Shown piece after piece: positions 7,980 to 16,376 of a stretch of DNA of 25,810 nt. This DNA comes from an uncultured virus (IMG/VR IMGVR_UViG_2775507210_000003) (lineage: Duplodnaviria > Heunggongvirae > Uroviricota > Caudoviricetes), in the IMG/VR virus record IMGVR_UViG_2775507210_000003; one strand, given 5' to 3'. Each line of letters opens with the position of its first letter. Position 1 is the first letter of the stretch. The translations under genes and the position numbers were made by a program. The notes under the pieces were generated by a model that did not search any database, was not told the origin of the DNA, and saw only the letters and a program-made list of their open reading frames with translations.

Positions 7980-7995
7980 ATGCCCAGGAGGCAGT

Positions 7996-9309
7996 ATGTC
8001 CCTCGTAACTCAATTGCGTAGCGAACGCGCCACTATCAATGGCCAGATTCAGGCGCTGGCCCAACTTGAAGCTGCGGGCACCTCGCTCAGTGCAGAGCAG
8101 TTGGCCCAGTTCGAGCAGCTCAGCGTTCAGTTCAACAGCCTGACCGACAAACTTTCTCGAGCTGAAGCCGCCGAGCGAATGGCCGCGACCAATGCAGTGC
8201 CCGTCGATGAGAGCGCTCAAGGCCTGAATGGTCCGCCCGGCAACATCAGTGGCCCATTTACTGCCAAGCCTGTGCCAGGTGCCAACATGGCGCAGATGGT
8301 TCGCGTGCTCGCTGCAGCGCGCGGCGATCAGCATGCCGCCGCCAAGATGGCGAAGGATTCAGGCTACAGCCCTGAAATCGCCATGGCTCTGAGCACCGTT
8401 ACTCCGGGTGCTGGCGGGGTTCTGGTGCCGCAAAGCTTCTCCAGCGAAGTAATCGAATTGTTGCGACCGAAGTCGGTGGTGCGCAAGCTCGGCGCTGTCT
8501 CCTTGCCGCTGCAAAACGGGAACCTCACAGTACCGCGAATTAAAGGCGGCGCAGTCGTCGGCTACATCGGTACCGAGGAGGATATGCCGGCTACCGATAT
8601 GCAGTTCGACGATCTGAAACTGTCGTCGAAAAAGCTGGCGGCCCTGGTTCCGATCAGCAACGACCTGCTTGCGTACTCGGGCACCAACCCGAGCGTTGAT
8701 CGTCTTGTCGTCAACGATCTGACTGCCTCTGTAGCAACGGCAGAAGACCTGTCCTTCCTGCGTGGCGCAGGCACCGGCAACCTGCCCAAAGGGCTGCGTT
8801 TCTGGGCGCCGGCTTTCAACGTGTTCGCGGCACCGGCAGCAGTGACGCTTGAGGCTGTCGAGTTTGCCTTGTCTGCCTTGATCCTGCGCCTGGAGAATGC
8901 CAACTCCAATATGACCGCTCCCGGCTTTGCCATGGCGCCGCGTACCAAGCGCTGGCTCTCGGCGCTGCGTGATGGCAATGGCAGCAAGGCCTATCCAGAG
9001 CTGGACCAGAACATGCTGAAGGGCTTCCCAGTAGGCTCCTCTACCCAGATCCCGATCAACCTGGGGGCCGATGGCGATGCCTCGGAAATCCATTTCGCAG
9101 ACTTCGCGGACTGCTTCATTGGCGAAGACGACGCGATGGTCATCGACTTCAGCAAGGAGGCTACCTACAAGGACGGCAGCGGCAACGTCATCAGCGCCTT
9201 CCAGCGTGATCAGACGTTGGTGCGCGTGATTGCCAAGCATGACTTCGGCCCACGGCACGTTGAGTCGGTGGCAGTGATGACCGACGTCAAATGGGGCAGC
9301 ACCCTCTAA
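7996..9309 (+). CDS. Major capsid protein, HK97 fold with N-terminal coiled-coil delta domain
   Basis: AGGAGG site before ATG 7996; GGVLVP, KKLAALVPISNDLL, FLRGAG..PKGL, LKGFPV and FQRDQTLVRV motifs. Confidence 0.96.
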   Translation: MSLVTQLRSERATINGQIQALAQLEAAGTSLSAEQLAQFEQLSVQFNSLTDKLSRAEAAERMAATNAVPVDESAQGLNGPPGNISGPFTAKPVPGANMAQMVRVLAAARGDQHAAAKMAKDSGYSPEIAMALSTVTPGAGGVLVPQSFSSEVIELLRPKSVVRKLGAVSLPLQNGNLTVPRIKGGAVVGYIGTEEDMPATDMQFDDLKLSSKKLAALVPISNDLLAYSGTNPSVDRLVVNDLTASVATAEDLSFLRGAGTGNLPKGLRFWAPAFNVFAAPAAVTLEAVEFALSALILRLENANSNMTAPGFAMAPRTKRWLSALRDGNGSKAYPELDQNMLKGFPVGSSTQIPINLGADGDASEIHFADFADCFIGEDDAMVIDFSKEATYKDGSGNVISAFQRDQTLVRVIAKHDFGPRHVESVAVMTDVKWGSTL

Positions 9310-9316
9310 CACACCC

Positions 9317-9334
9317 GGCCCGGAGCTCCGGGCC
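9317..9334. repeat. Perfect 18-bp palindrome after the capsid gene (RNA-stabilising hairpin or weak terminator)
   Basis: GGCCCGGAGCTCCGGGCC; no long T tract. Confidence 0.55.
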
Positions 9335-9363
9335 TTCCATGACTCAGTTTAGGGGAGCATCCC

Positions 9364-9621
9364 ATGTCCAAAGTTATCGTTACCTTTGAAAAAAACTGGC
9401 GCGGTTACGCTGCCGGAGAAACTGCAGGCTTTGATTCCAGCGTTGCAGATAGCTTGATTGAGGCAGGCTACGCCATTGAGGCTGACAAGAAGGCTTCAAA
9501 AAAGGGCAAGACTGGTGCGAATAGCAATGCACCCAGTGCGGCACCGAGTAGTGCCGGAGCAGATGAGTCCGGTACCGGTAGCAAGCCAGGTGCGGAATCG
9601 GATGCTGATGGGAAGCCCTGA
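9364..9621 (+). CDS. Small hypothetical virion-associated protein with low-complexity tail
   Basis: GGGGAG site; YAAGETAGF...ADSLIEAGYA motif common in genes following the capsid gene. Confidence 0.75.
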   Translation: MSKVIVTFEKNWRGYAAGETAGFDSSVADSLIEAGYAIEADKKASKKGKTGANSNAPSAAPSSAGADESGTGSKPGAESDADGKP

Positions 9622-9623
9622 TC

Positions 9624-10175
9624 ATGGCGCGCCGTATCGCCTACACGGGGCCGCCTGTGCTTACGCTGGAGCAGGTTGCGTATCAATGTCGGGCTGAGCC
9701 GGAAGATCTGCAATCAGAGTTGATCGAGCAGATCATCATTCCCGGTGTTACCGCGCAATGCGAGTCGAAAACTGGCGCCGCGATTCGGGCTGCCCTGTAC
9801 GAAGAGGACTGGCCTGAGCACTACGCCTCGGGGCACTCGCTGGATATTGGGCAGGTAACACAGGTTGAATCAGTTCACCTGCTGGACGACGGTGAAAGCC
9901 CTGAGCTGTTTTCCGGTGCGGTTGAGGTTCGTTCCAGTGGGCGGGAAAGCTATCTGCATTTCCCTGGTGGCCGGCCATCAGGTGCTCTGCGTATTCGATA
10001 CCGTGCGGGCGTGAACATTGAGGCCTACCCCGGAGTGTTGAGTTGGTTGCTGATGGCGGCGGAAACGGTATTCACCCACCGGGGGCTTTTGGTCATCGGG
10101 CAAACGCTGGCCGAAGTCCCGGCGAGTTTCGTCGACCACCTGTTGGCGGATATCACCGTGCCGCCGAGGTTCTAG
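9624..10175 (+). CDS. Head-tail connector/adaptor (phiE125 gp8 / gp6-like)
   Basis: PVLTLEQV N-terminus, IRYRAG, WLLMAA..F.HR; position after the capsid gene. Confidence 0.8.
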   Translation: MARRIAYTGPPVLTLEQVAYQCRAEPEDLQSELIEQIIIPGVTAQCESKTGAAIRAALYEEDWPEHYASGHSLDIGQVTQVESVHLLDDGESPELFSGAVEVRSSGRESYLHFPGGRPSGALRIRYRAGVNIEAYPGVLSWLLMAAETVFTHRGLLVIGQTLAEVPASFVDHLLADITVPPRF

Positions 10176-10177
10176 CC

Positions 10178-10561
10178 ATGGCGATCAGAGAGCCTTCCTC
10201 GGGCGAGCTTCGCGCTCGCATGGCTGTTCGAGTTCGTGTCGACAAGCCAGCAGGCGCCGGCCTGGCGCCTGAGTTCACCCACGTTTGCAACCGCTGGGTA
10301 AAGGTTGAGCCGCTGGGAACGGCGACCTATGCCAATGCTCAGCAAACCGGCAACAAGATCACTCACCGCCTTTACTGCCGTCACATTCCGGGTTTGGACT
10401 CTGCGCATGAACTTGTTTGGCATGATCGGGTGTTTCGCGTCCGCCGGCCAACCGATCTGGCGGGGCGCATGGTGTGGTCGGTGATCGAAGTTGAGGAGCT
10501 GGGGCCAGATGGTCCGCCGGCCAACGAAGGGGGAAGCGATGAGCAATTCGGTTTCCGTTGA
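10178..10561 (+). CDS. Head closure / head-tail joining protein (SPP1 gp16-like)
   Basis: GELRARM, WVKVEPLG, THRLYCR and RVFRV motifs. Confidence 0.85.
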   Translation: MAIREPSSGELRARMAVRVRVDKPAGAGLAPEFTHVCNRWVKVEPLGTATYANAQQTGNKITHRLYCRHIPGLDSAHELVWHDRVFRVRRPTDLAGRMVWSVIEVEELGPDGPPANEGGSDEQFGFR

Positions 10562-11063
10562 TGGTTACCTGCATATCGAAGGCTTTGAAAAGTTCGACTT
10601 TGAAGCCTTCAACAAGCGCAAGGTTCGGGCAGGCATGCGCAAGGTTGGTGCCTTGGTTACTGGCCGTGCGCAGATGAACCTGGCGCTTGGCGGTGGGCAG
10701 GCGGGCTACCCAGAAAGTCGAACCGGCGCGACGGTCGATTCGATCAGCTACAAGGTGTCGCGCTCTGGCTTTCTGGTCCGTATTGCGCCGACCAAGACCG
10801 AAAGCATGGAAGAGTTCTATCCCGCGTATCTGCACTATGGGGTGCGGCTTGGGTCCAGGCCTCGGGCGCTTGCCCCGGGTAAGGGGCGTGGCAAGAGTAA
10901 TCGCCGTGCCAGTGGCCAGCGGCAGGCGTTGGTGGCTGCCCGGAAAGGAAACGGGTGGCGCATCACGCCGCGAGACAACTACATGACCGATGCCTTGGCG
11001 GATACCAAGGCGGACGTCCAGCGCATCTTGCGGCAGACCTTTGCCGATGCGTTTTTGAACTGA
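10539..11063 (+). CDS. HK97 gp10-like neck / tail-completion protein
   Basis: PESRTG, FYPAYLHYG, ITPRDNYMTDAL; basic protein in the expected position. Confidence 0.75.
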   Translation: MSNSVSVDGYLHIEGFEKFDFEAFNKRKVRAGMRKVGALVTGRAQMNLALGGGQAGYPESRTGATVDSISYKVSRSGFLVRIAPTKTESMEEFYPAYLHYGVRLGSRPRALAPGKGRGKSNRRASGQRQALVAARKGNGWRITPRDNYMTDALADTKADVQRILRQTFADAFLN

Positions 11064-11080
11064 CGCCCCAGGCGCCGCCC

Positions 11081-11103
11081 AAGCCCCGTAATGGGGCTTT
11101 TTT
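11081..11103 (+). terminator. Intrinsic terminator
   Basis: AAGCCCC-gtaat-GGGGCTT followed by TTTT. Confidence 0.8.
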
Positions 11104-11120
11104 GTGCCCGAGAGGAAAGC

Positions 11121-11720
11121 ATGCGAATCACCCCAGTGATCGAGCAACTGAAACAGCGCTGCCCGTCTTTTGAAAGCCGGGTGGCGGGCGGTCTGGATTG
11201 GGACCCGGTAAAGGGCAGTGCGCTGATGAAGCTGCCTGCAGCGTATGTGATCCCCACCGGTGACGGGGCCGATGAGCCGGAGCAGCAGAACGTCATTGTT
11301 CAGCAGGTCAGGGACGCCATTGATGTGTGCGTCGTACTGAAGAACTACGACGAGCGCGGGCAGCAGGTTGCCGACCAGTTGCATTTGGTTCGGGCCAGTC
11401 TCTGGCGTGCTCTGGTTGGGTTTGAGCCTGATAAGGATTACGGGCAACTGCTGTATGACGGCGGGTCTTTGCTGCTGATCGACCGTGATCGGGTGGTTTA
11501 CCGGTTCCGGTTCTTTGCTGACTTCCAGCTAGGCAACTTAACCATTGGGTCTGGTACCAGCCCGGAAACGTGGCAGGCATGCACGCTGCTGGGCCTTCCT
11601 CCGCTGGAAGGGGTCGACACGTCGTTCGACTTTATCGACCCCGTGGTCGACCGCAATGTCGCCCCCGAGGGGCCTGACGGGCGTATCGAAATCAAAACCC
11701 GAGAGGACTTATCTCAATGA
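11121..11720 (+). CDS. Tail terminator / tail completion protein
   Basis: GAGG site before ATG 11121; CPSFESRVAGG, PAAYVIP, LWRALVGFEP, PDGRIE; precedes the sheath. Confidence 0.75.
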   Translation: MRITPVIEQLKQRCPSFESRVAGGLDWDPVKGSALMKLPAAYVIPTGDGADEPEQQNVIVQQVRDAIDVCVVLKNYDERGQQVADQLHLVRASLWRALVGFEPDKDYGQLLYDGGSLLLIDRDRVVYRFRFFADFQLGNLTIGSGTSPETWQACTLLGLPPLEGVDTSFDFIDPVVDRNVAPEGPDGRIEIKTREDLSQ

Positions 11721-11890
11721 CTCAGATTTACCTGAAGCCGGTAGCGGGGCGTGACAACCCGATGCCGGAGAAGGGCGGCGAACTGCTGCCCGAAGAGGGC
11801 GCCTATGTGCCCCGCAACGCGTACTGGGTGCGCCGCCTGAATGCGGGTGACGTGGTAGAAGCCAAGCCCAAGAAAGAGGCCAAGGTATGA
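11717..11890 (+). CDS. DUF2635-type small tail protein (57 aa; absent from the ORF track)
   Basis: Reads MTQIYLKPVAGRDNPMPEKGGELLPEEGAYVPRNAYWVRRLNAGDVVEAKPKKEAKV; ATGA overlaps at both ends; GAGG site. Confidence 0.88.
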   Translation: MTQIYLKPVAGRDNPMPEKGGELLPEEGAYVPRNAYWVRRLNAGDVVEAKPKKEAKV

Positions 11891-13386
11891 GCGTCGGTTT
11901 CAGCAACATTCCGTCTGATATTCGTGTCCCGCTGTTCTACGCCGAGGTTGATAACTCGATGGCGAACAGCGGCGCCGGTGCCGGACTTCGCCGCCTGATC
12001 ATTGGCCAGGTCAACGACAACGCCGATGCCGCCGAAATCGGTAGCCTGGTGCTGGTGTCGCGTACCTCTGAAGCCATTGCCATCGGCGGCGCCGGCTCGA
12101 TGCTGGCCGCAATGCACCAAAAGCACCGCGCTATCGACATTGCCGGTGAGGTCTGGTGCCTGCCGTTGAAGGTCGACACCGGCGTGGCAGCGACCTGCAG
12201 CGTTACCGTAACGGGCAACGTGACAGCGGCGGGCTTGATCAATCTGTATGTGGCTGGCCAGCGTGTGCGCTCTGCCGTGGTTGCCTCGGCGTCGGCTGAG
12301 GCCGTGGCCACCGGCTTGGCGACCAGCATCAACGCCGCCACTGAGCTGCCTGTTACCGCTATGGCTGCAGGCGCTGTCGTGACGCTGACGGCAAAGTTCA
12401 AGGGTGACCTCGGCAACGACATTCAAGTCGAGCTGAATCGCCTGGGCCGCGTCAATGGTGAGGTGACACCGGCAGGCCTGGTGCTGGAAGTCACTGCCAT
12501 GACTGGCGGTGTCGGTTCGCCTGACATGGCCATGGCGCTGGCGGCGCTGGGCGATGAAGAGTTTGAGTTCATTACCCAGCCCTGGACCGACAGCGCTACG
12601 CTCGATGACTGGAAAGAAGTCATGGATGACAGCGCCGGTCGCTGGTCGTGGGCCAAGCAGCTCTATGGCCATGTGTACAGCGCCAAGCGCGGTACGCTCG
12701 GCCAGTTGGTGGCGGCAGGGCGCTTGCGCAATGACCCGCACATGACGATTCACGGCTTTGAGCCCGGCGTGCCCCAGCCCGTCTGGGAGGTCGCGGCGCA
12801 GTGGGGGGCACGCACGGCGGTGTTCATCAGCGCGGACCCGGCTCGGCCCACGCAGACCGGTGTGTTGGGGGCTATTGCTCCCGCTGCTGCGAGCGACCGT
12901 TTCATGCTGTCCGAGGCGGATTCCCTGCTGAAAAGCGGCATCGCTACGGCATCGAGCAGTGGCGGCGAGTACCGCATTCAGCGCGCCGTGACGACCTACC
13001 AGCGTAACGCCTTCGGCCAGCCGGATGACTCCTATCTGGACAGCGAAACACTGCACCAGTCGGCGCACGTTATCCGCTACCTGCGCAGCCGGATTACCAG
13101 CAAGTACGGGCGCTGCAAGCTGGCCAACGATGGCACCAACTTCGGTGCTGGCCAGGCAATCGTCACGCCGCTGGTGATCCGTGGCGAGCTGATCGCGGCG
13201 TACCGCGAGCTGGAGCGCGCCGGGATCGTTGAGAACACCGAGCTGTTCAAGGCGCAGCTGATTGTCGAGCGCGACGCGAGCAACCCGAACCGCCTGAACG
13301 TGTTGTTCCCGCCGGACCTGGTCAATCAGTTGCGCGTGTTTGCGCTGCTCTATCAGTTCCGCCTGCAGTACGAAGACGCGGCGTAA
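11887..13386 (+). CDS. Contractile tail sheath protein (Mu gpL-like)
   Basis: IRVPLFYAEVDNSMA, GAGSML, DPARPTQ, DDSYLDSETL, KLANDG and PDLVNQLRVFA motifs. Confidence 0.96.
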   Translation: MSVGFSNIPSDIRVPLFYAEVDNSMANSGAGAGLRRLIIGQVNDNADAAEIGSLVLVSRTSEAIAIGGAGSMLAAMHQKHRAIDIAGEVWCLPLKVDTGVAATCSVTVTGNVTAAGLINLYVAGQRVRSAVVASASAEAVATGLATSINAATELPVTAMAAGAVVTLTAKFKGDLGNDIQVELNRLGRVNGEVTPAGLVLEVTAMTGGVGSPDMAMALAALGDEEFEFITQPWTDSATLDDWKEVMDDSAGRWSWAKQLYGHVYSAKRGTLGQLVAAGRLRNDPHMTIHGFEPGVPQPVWEVAAQWGARTAVFISADPARPTQTGVLGAIAPAAASDRFMLSEADSLLKSGIATASSSGGEYRIQRAVTTYQRNAFGQPDDSYLDSETLHQSAHVIRYLRSRITSKYGRCKLANDGTNFGAGQAIVTPLVIRGELIAAYRELERAGIVENTELFKAQLIVERDASNPNRLNVLFPPDLVNQLRVFALLYQFRLQYEDAA

Positions 13387-13404
13387 CCCTTCCACATCCA
13401 CCCC

Positions 13405-13428
13405 GGCCCGCCTTGTGCGGGCTTTTTT
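13405..13428 (+). terminator. Intrinsic terminator between sheath and tube
   Basis: GCCCGC-cttgt-GCGGGC followed by TTTTTT. Confidence 0.8.
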
Positions 13429-13443
13429 ATGGGAGATCCCTTT

Positions 13444-13791
13444 ATGGGTCAGAAAGTCGCGGGCACCTGTTACATCAAGGTCGACGGCGAGCAGTTGACG
13501 ATTACCGGCGGCGTTGAGGTGCCGTTGTCCAAGTTCAAGCGCGAGACGATTACCACGGGGGTGTTCAAGGAAGAAGACCTGACGCCCTATGTGTCGGTCG
13601 ATGCGGTCAAAACCCCGGGTTTCCCTCAGGCGAAGCTGGAAAACGGCACCAACATGACGGTCACCGCCGAGTTCAAGGACGGCAGTTGTTACGTGCTGTC
13701 CGGTGCGTATGTGGTGGACGAAATGAAAATGTCTGCCGATGACGCAAAGGTTGCGATCAAGTTCGATGGTATTTCTGGAGACTGGCAATAA
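13444..13791 (+). CDS. Tail tube protein (Mu gpM-like)
   Basis: GGAG site before ATG 13444; VAGTCYIKVDGEQL and MTVTAEFKDG..YVLSGAY. Confidence 0.92.
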   Translation: MGQKVAGTCYIKVDGEQLTITGGVEVPLSKFKRETITTGVFKEEDLTPYVSVDAVKTPGFPQAKLENGTNMTVTAEFKDGSCYVLSGAYVVDEMKMSADDAKVAIKFDGISGDWQ

Positions 13792-14105
13792 TGAGCACTA
13801 CTACCCATAAGTTGGCCGTACCGATTCAGGCTCACGGTGATCAACTGACCGAACTGACCCTGCGTCGCCCAACCCCTCAGGAAATTCGCAACATCAAAGT
13901 GTTTCCCTACGTCTTGGGCGAAGACAATCGACCAGTTGCCGAAACTGAAGCTGCATCGAAGTACATTGCTGTGTGTGCCGGCATTCCCCCCAGCTCGGTT
14001 AACCAACTGGACATTTTCGACCTGAACACACTGGTGTGGATGGTCATTGGTTTTTTCCTGAAGCCGGCGACGAAAGCCCCCGATTCCGAAGCCCCGAGCA
14101 ACTGA
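13791..14105 (+). CDS. Tail assembly chaperone (Mu gp41 / P2 gpE-like)
   Basis: HKLAVPIQAHG..LTELTLRRPT and AGIPPSSVNQLD..D; located between tube and tape measure. Confidence 0.9.
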   Translation: MSTTTHKLAVPIQAHGDQLTELTLRRPTPQEIRNIKVFPYVLGEDNRPVAETEAASKYIAVCAGIPPSSVNQLDIFDLNTLVWMVIGFFLKPATKAPDSEAPSN

Positions 14106-14245
14106 CCGAGTTGGTCTATGACCTCGCCTGGTTCTGGAAAGTGAACCCGAACGAGGTCATGAACTGGCCGTTAGACCAGTTGTTTGAGAGTGAAGAAAAC
14201 GCGTGGCGAATCCAGGCGATGTTAGGGGGCGGCAATGGCGGATAA
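14051..14245 (+). CDS. -1 frameshift extension of the tail chaperone (gpE'/gpGT-like)
   Basis: Slippery T TTT TTC at 14051-14057; the -1 frame encodes YDLAWFWKVNPNEVMNWPLDQL, a gpE'-like motif. Confidence 0.75.
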   Translation, partial: FFPEAGDESPRFRSPEQLTELVYDLAWFWKVNPNEVMNWPLDQLFESEENAWRIQAMLGGGNGG

Positions 14246-16376
14246 GTTCCAGCTAAAGGCGCTCATCACTGGCGTCGACAAGTTGTCGCCGGTGTTGAGT
14301 GGGGTGCGCAAGAACGCAGCCGTTCTGCGCAAGCAGTTGAATAGCTCAGGCCTCGGCAAAATCACCTTCATGGATGCGATTCAAGGGGGTGCCATTGCGA
14401 CCCCTTTTGTCATGGGGGTTCAGGCTGCCATCGGCTTTGAAAGCGCGATGGCCGACGTCAAGAAGGTCGTCAACTTTGAGACGCCGGCCCAGTTCAAGGA
14501 AATGAGTGAGGACGTGCTGAGCATGTCCGAGCGGTTGCCGATGGCTGCCGAAGGCATCGCGCAGATTGTCGCGGCGGGTGGTCAGTCGGGTATCGCCCGG
14601 GAAGACCTGAAGCAGTTTGCTGAAGACGCGGTGAAAATGGGTGTCGCCTTCGACCAGACGGCTGACGAATCCGGCAAGATGATGGCAACGTGGCGCACGG
14701 CGTTCCGCTTGACCCAAGATGGCGTGGTAGAGCTGGCAGACCAGATCAACTACCTGGGGAACTCTGGGCCAGTCAATACCAAGCAGCTGTCCTCGATCGT
14801 GACCGAAGTGGGGGCGCTGGGTGAGGTAGCGGGCTTTTCCTCGGCGCAGATCGCAGCGATTGGCGCCACGATGGTCGGCGTGAAGCAGGATGTTGCGGCT
14901 ACGGGCATCAAGAATTTCATGCTGGCCATGACAAAGGGGACGGCTGCGACCAAGTCACAAGCCGAGGCCTTCAAGTCGTTGCGCCTGGACTCCAAGAAAG
15001 TCGCGGAGGGCATGCAGAAGGATTCGCAGGGCACCATGCTAGACCTGCTCAAGCGGATTTCCGAAGTGGACGCGGCCAAGCGTCCGGCGCTGCTGACCAA
15101 CCTGTTCGGCAGTGAGTCAGTGGCGGCAATTACCCCGCTCTTGACCAACTTGCAGCTGTTGAAAAGCAATCTGGCCAGTGTTGGGGATTCGACGAAATAC
15201 GCCGGTTCCATGCAGGGAGAGTACACGTCTCGGGCGGCTACGACGGCAAACGCTCTGCAGCAGTTGAAGAACCGCGTGACCCGGCTGGGCATTACGGTCG
15301 GTTCTGTACTACTGCCGCCGCTTAACGACTTCATGGCGACGGTCGGGCCGATCATCACCGGCGTGACCCAGTTGGCCGGCGCGCACCCGTGGCTGATCAA
15401 GAGCATCATCGGCGCAGCGGTCGGCTTCACCGTGTTGCGCTTGGCCACGGCGGGGGCTACTGCAGCACTCGTGCTGATGGATGGCGTGGCAAAAATGAGC
15501 GTTATCGGCCTAGTTGTGCGTGGTGTTGCGATTGCAGCGGGTGTGCTGATTGCGAACTGGTCGACTGTGGCGCCTTTTTTTTCGGCGCTATGGGAGCTTA
15601 TCAAGGCATATACAGTGCCCGCCTGGGATGTCTTCAAGGCGTTCGCTTCCTGGACGCCGCTAGGCATGATCATCGAAAACTGGGAGCCGGTATCCAAGTT
15701 CTTCAAAGATCTGTGGGATACGGTCAGTAAGTACATCGAACCCATTATGAAATTCATGGGGATGGATGACGGCGGCGAGGGCATCACGGCCAAAGTTCAG
15801 CGCGCCGCTTATGCCAAAAACCAACTAAACGGCGAGGTCTTGGGGCAGGGGGATGGCGCCTTGTTGGTGGCCAACGCAGGCGCCCAGGCCGCCGCTAATC
15901 AACAGGCCATGGCCGCTCGGTTCAGCATTCCATCTACTGGTGATTTGCTAAAAGCGCCAGTGCCTGGAAGCCTGAATGAGCCGATTGCTCAAGCCCCTGA
16001 GTTGATGCCAGAGGCCACGAGGGTGGCCAGCCTGATGCGTAACCCTGCCAATCAGCCGTTGCCCGGCATGGCGCCATTGGCGTTGGTTAGTGTGGTACCG
16101 GGTACTCAGATTGCTCAGGCTTCGGGTACTGGTCGACCAAGTCTAAGCGCGGGTGGCTCGGCCTTGCCTGCAGGAAGCCTGCCGCAAAGCCGTGGCTCGT
16201 TGGTTCAGGCTGCTGCTGCGACAGCCGCGGCTCGCACCGAACTGGAGGGGTCAATGGTGGTGCGCTTTGAAAATGCACCGCCGGGCATGCGTGTTGATCC
16301 TGCGAAGACCAATCAACCTGGGCTGTCGGTAAGCCCGTCAGTCGGTTATCGCTCATTGGGTAGGGAGGCAGGATGA
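14235..16376 (+). CDS. Tail tape measure protein (TP901-type core)
   Basis: AIGFESAMADVKKVV, LADQINYLGN, LFGSES, YAGSMQGEY, periodic W repeats; C-terminal VRFENAPPGMRV. Confidence 0.95.
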   Translation: MADKFQLKALITGVDKLSPVLSGVRKNAAVLRKQLNSSGLGKITFMDAIQGGAIATPFVMGVQAAIGFESAMADVKKVVNFETPAQFKEMSEDVLSMSERLPMAAEGIAQIVAAGGQSGIAREDLKQFAEDAVKMGVAFDQTADESGKMMATWRTAFRLTQDGVVELADQINYLGNSGPVNTKQLSSIVTEVGALGEVAGFSSAQIAAIGATMVGVKQDVAATGIKNFMLAMTKGTAATKSQAEAFKSLRLDSKKVAEGMQKDSQGTMLDLLKRISEVDAAKRPALLTNLFGSESVAAITPLLTNLQLLKSNLASVGDSTKYAGSMQGEYTSRAATTANALQQLKNRVTRLGITVGSVLLPPLNDFMATVGPIITGVTQLAGAHPWLIKSIIGAAVGFTVLRLATAGATAALVLMDGVAKMSVIGLVVRGVAIAAGVLIANWSTVAPFFSALWELIKAYTVPAWDVFKAFASWTPLGMIIENWEPVSKFFKDLWDTVSKYIEPIMKFMGMDDGGEGITAKVQRAAYAKNQLNGEVLGQGDGALLVANAGAQAAANQQAMAARFSIPSTGDLLKAPVPGSLNEPIAQAPELMPEATRVASLMRNPANQPLPGMAPLALVSVVPGTQIAQASGTGRPSLSAGGSALPAGSLPQSRGSLVQAAAATAAARTELEGSMVVRFENAPPGMRVDPAKTNQPGLSVSPSVGYRSLGREAG

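Noticed and set aside
8359..9312. 317-aa minus-strand ORF; likewise 10359-11447, 14750-15793, 18218-18856 and 19737-20381
   Set aside because: Each lies opposite a well-supported structural gene and has shadow-type composition.
11803..13788. 661-aa ORF on the minus strand
   Set aside because: Antisense shadow of the sheath and tube genes, expected from GC-rich codon bias; no recognisable motifs.
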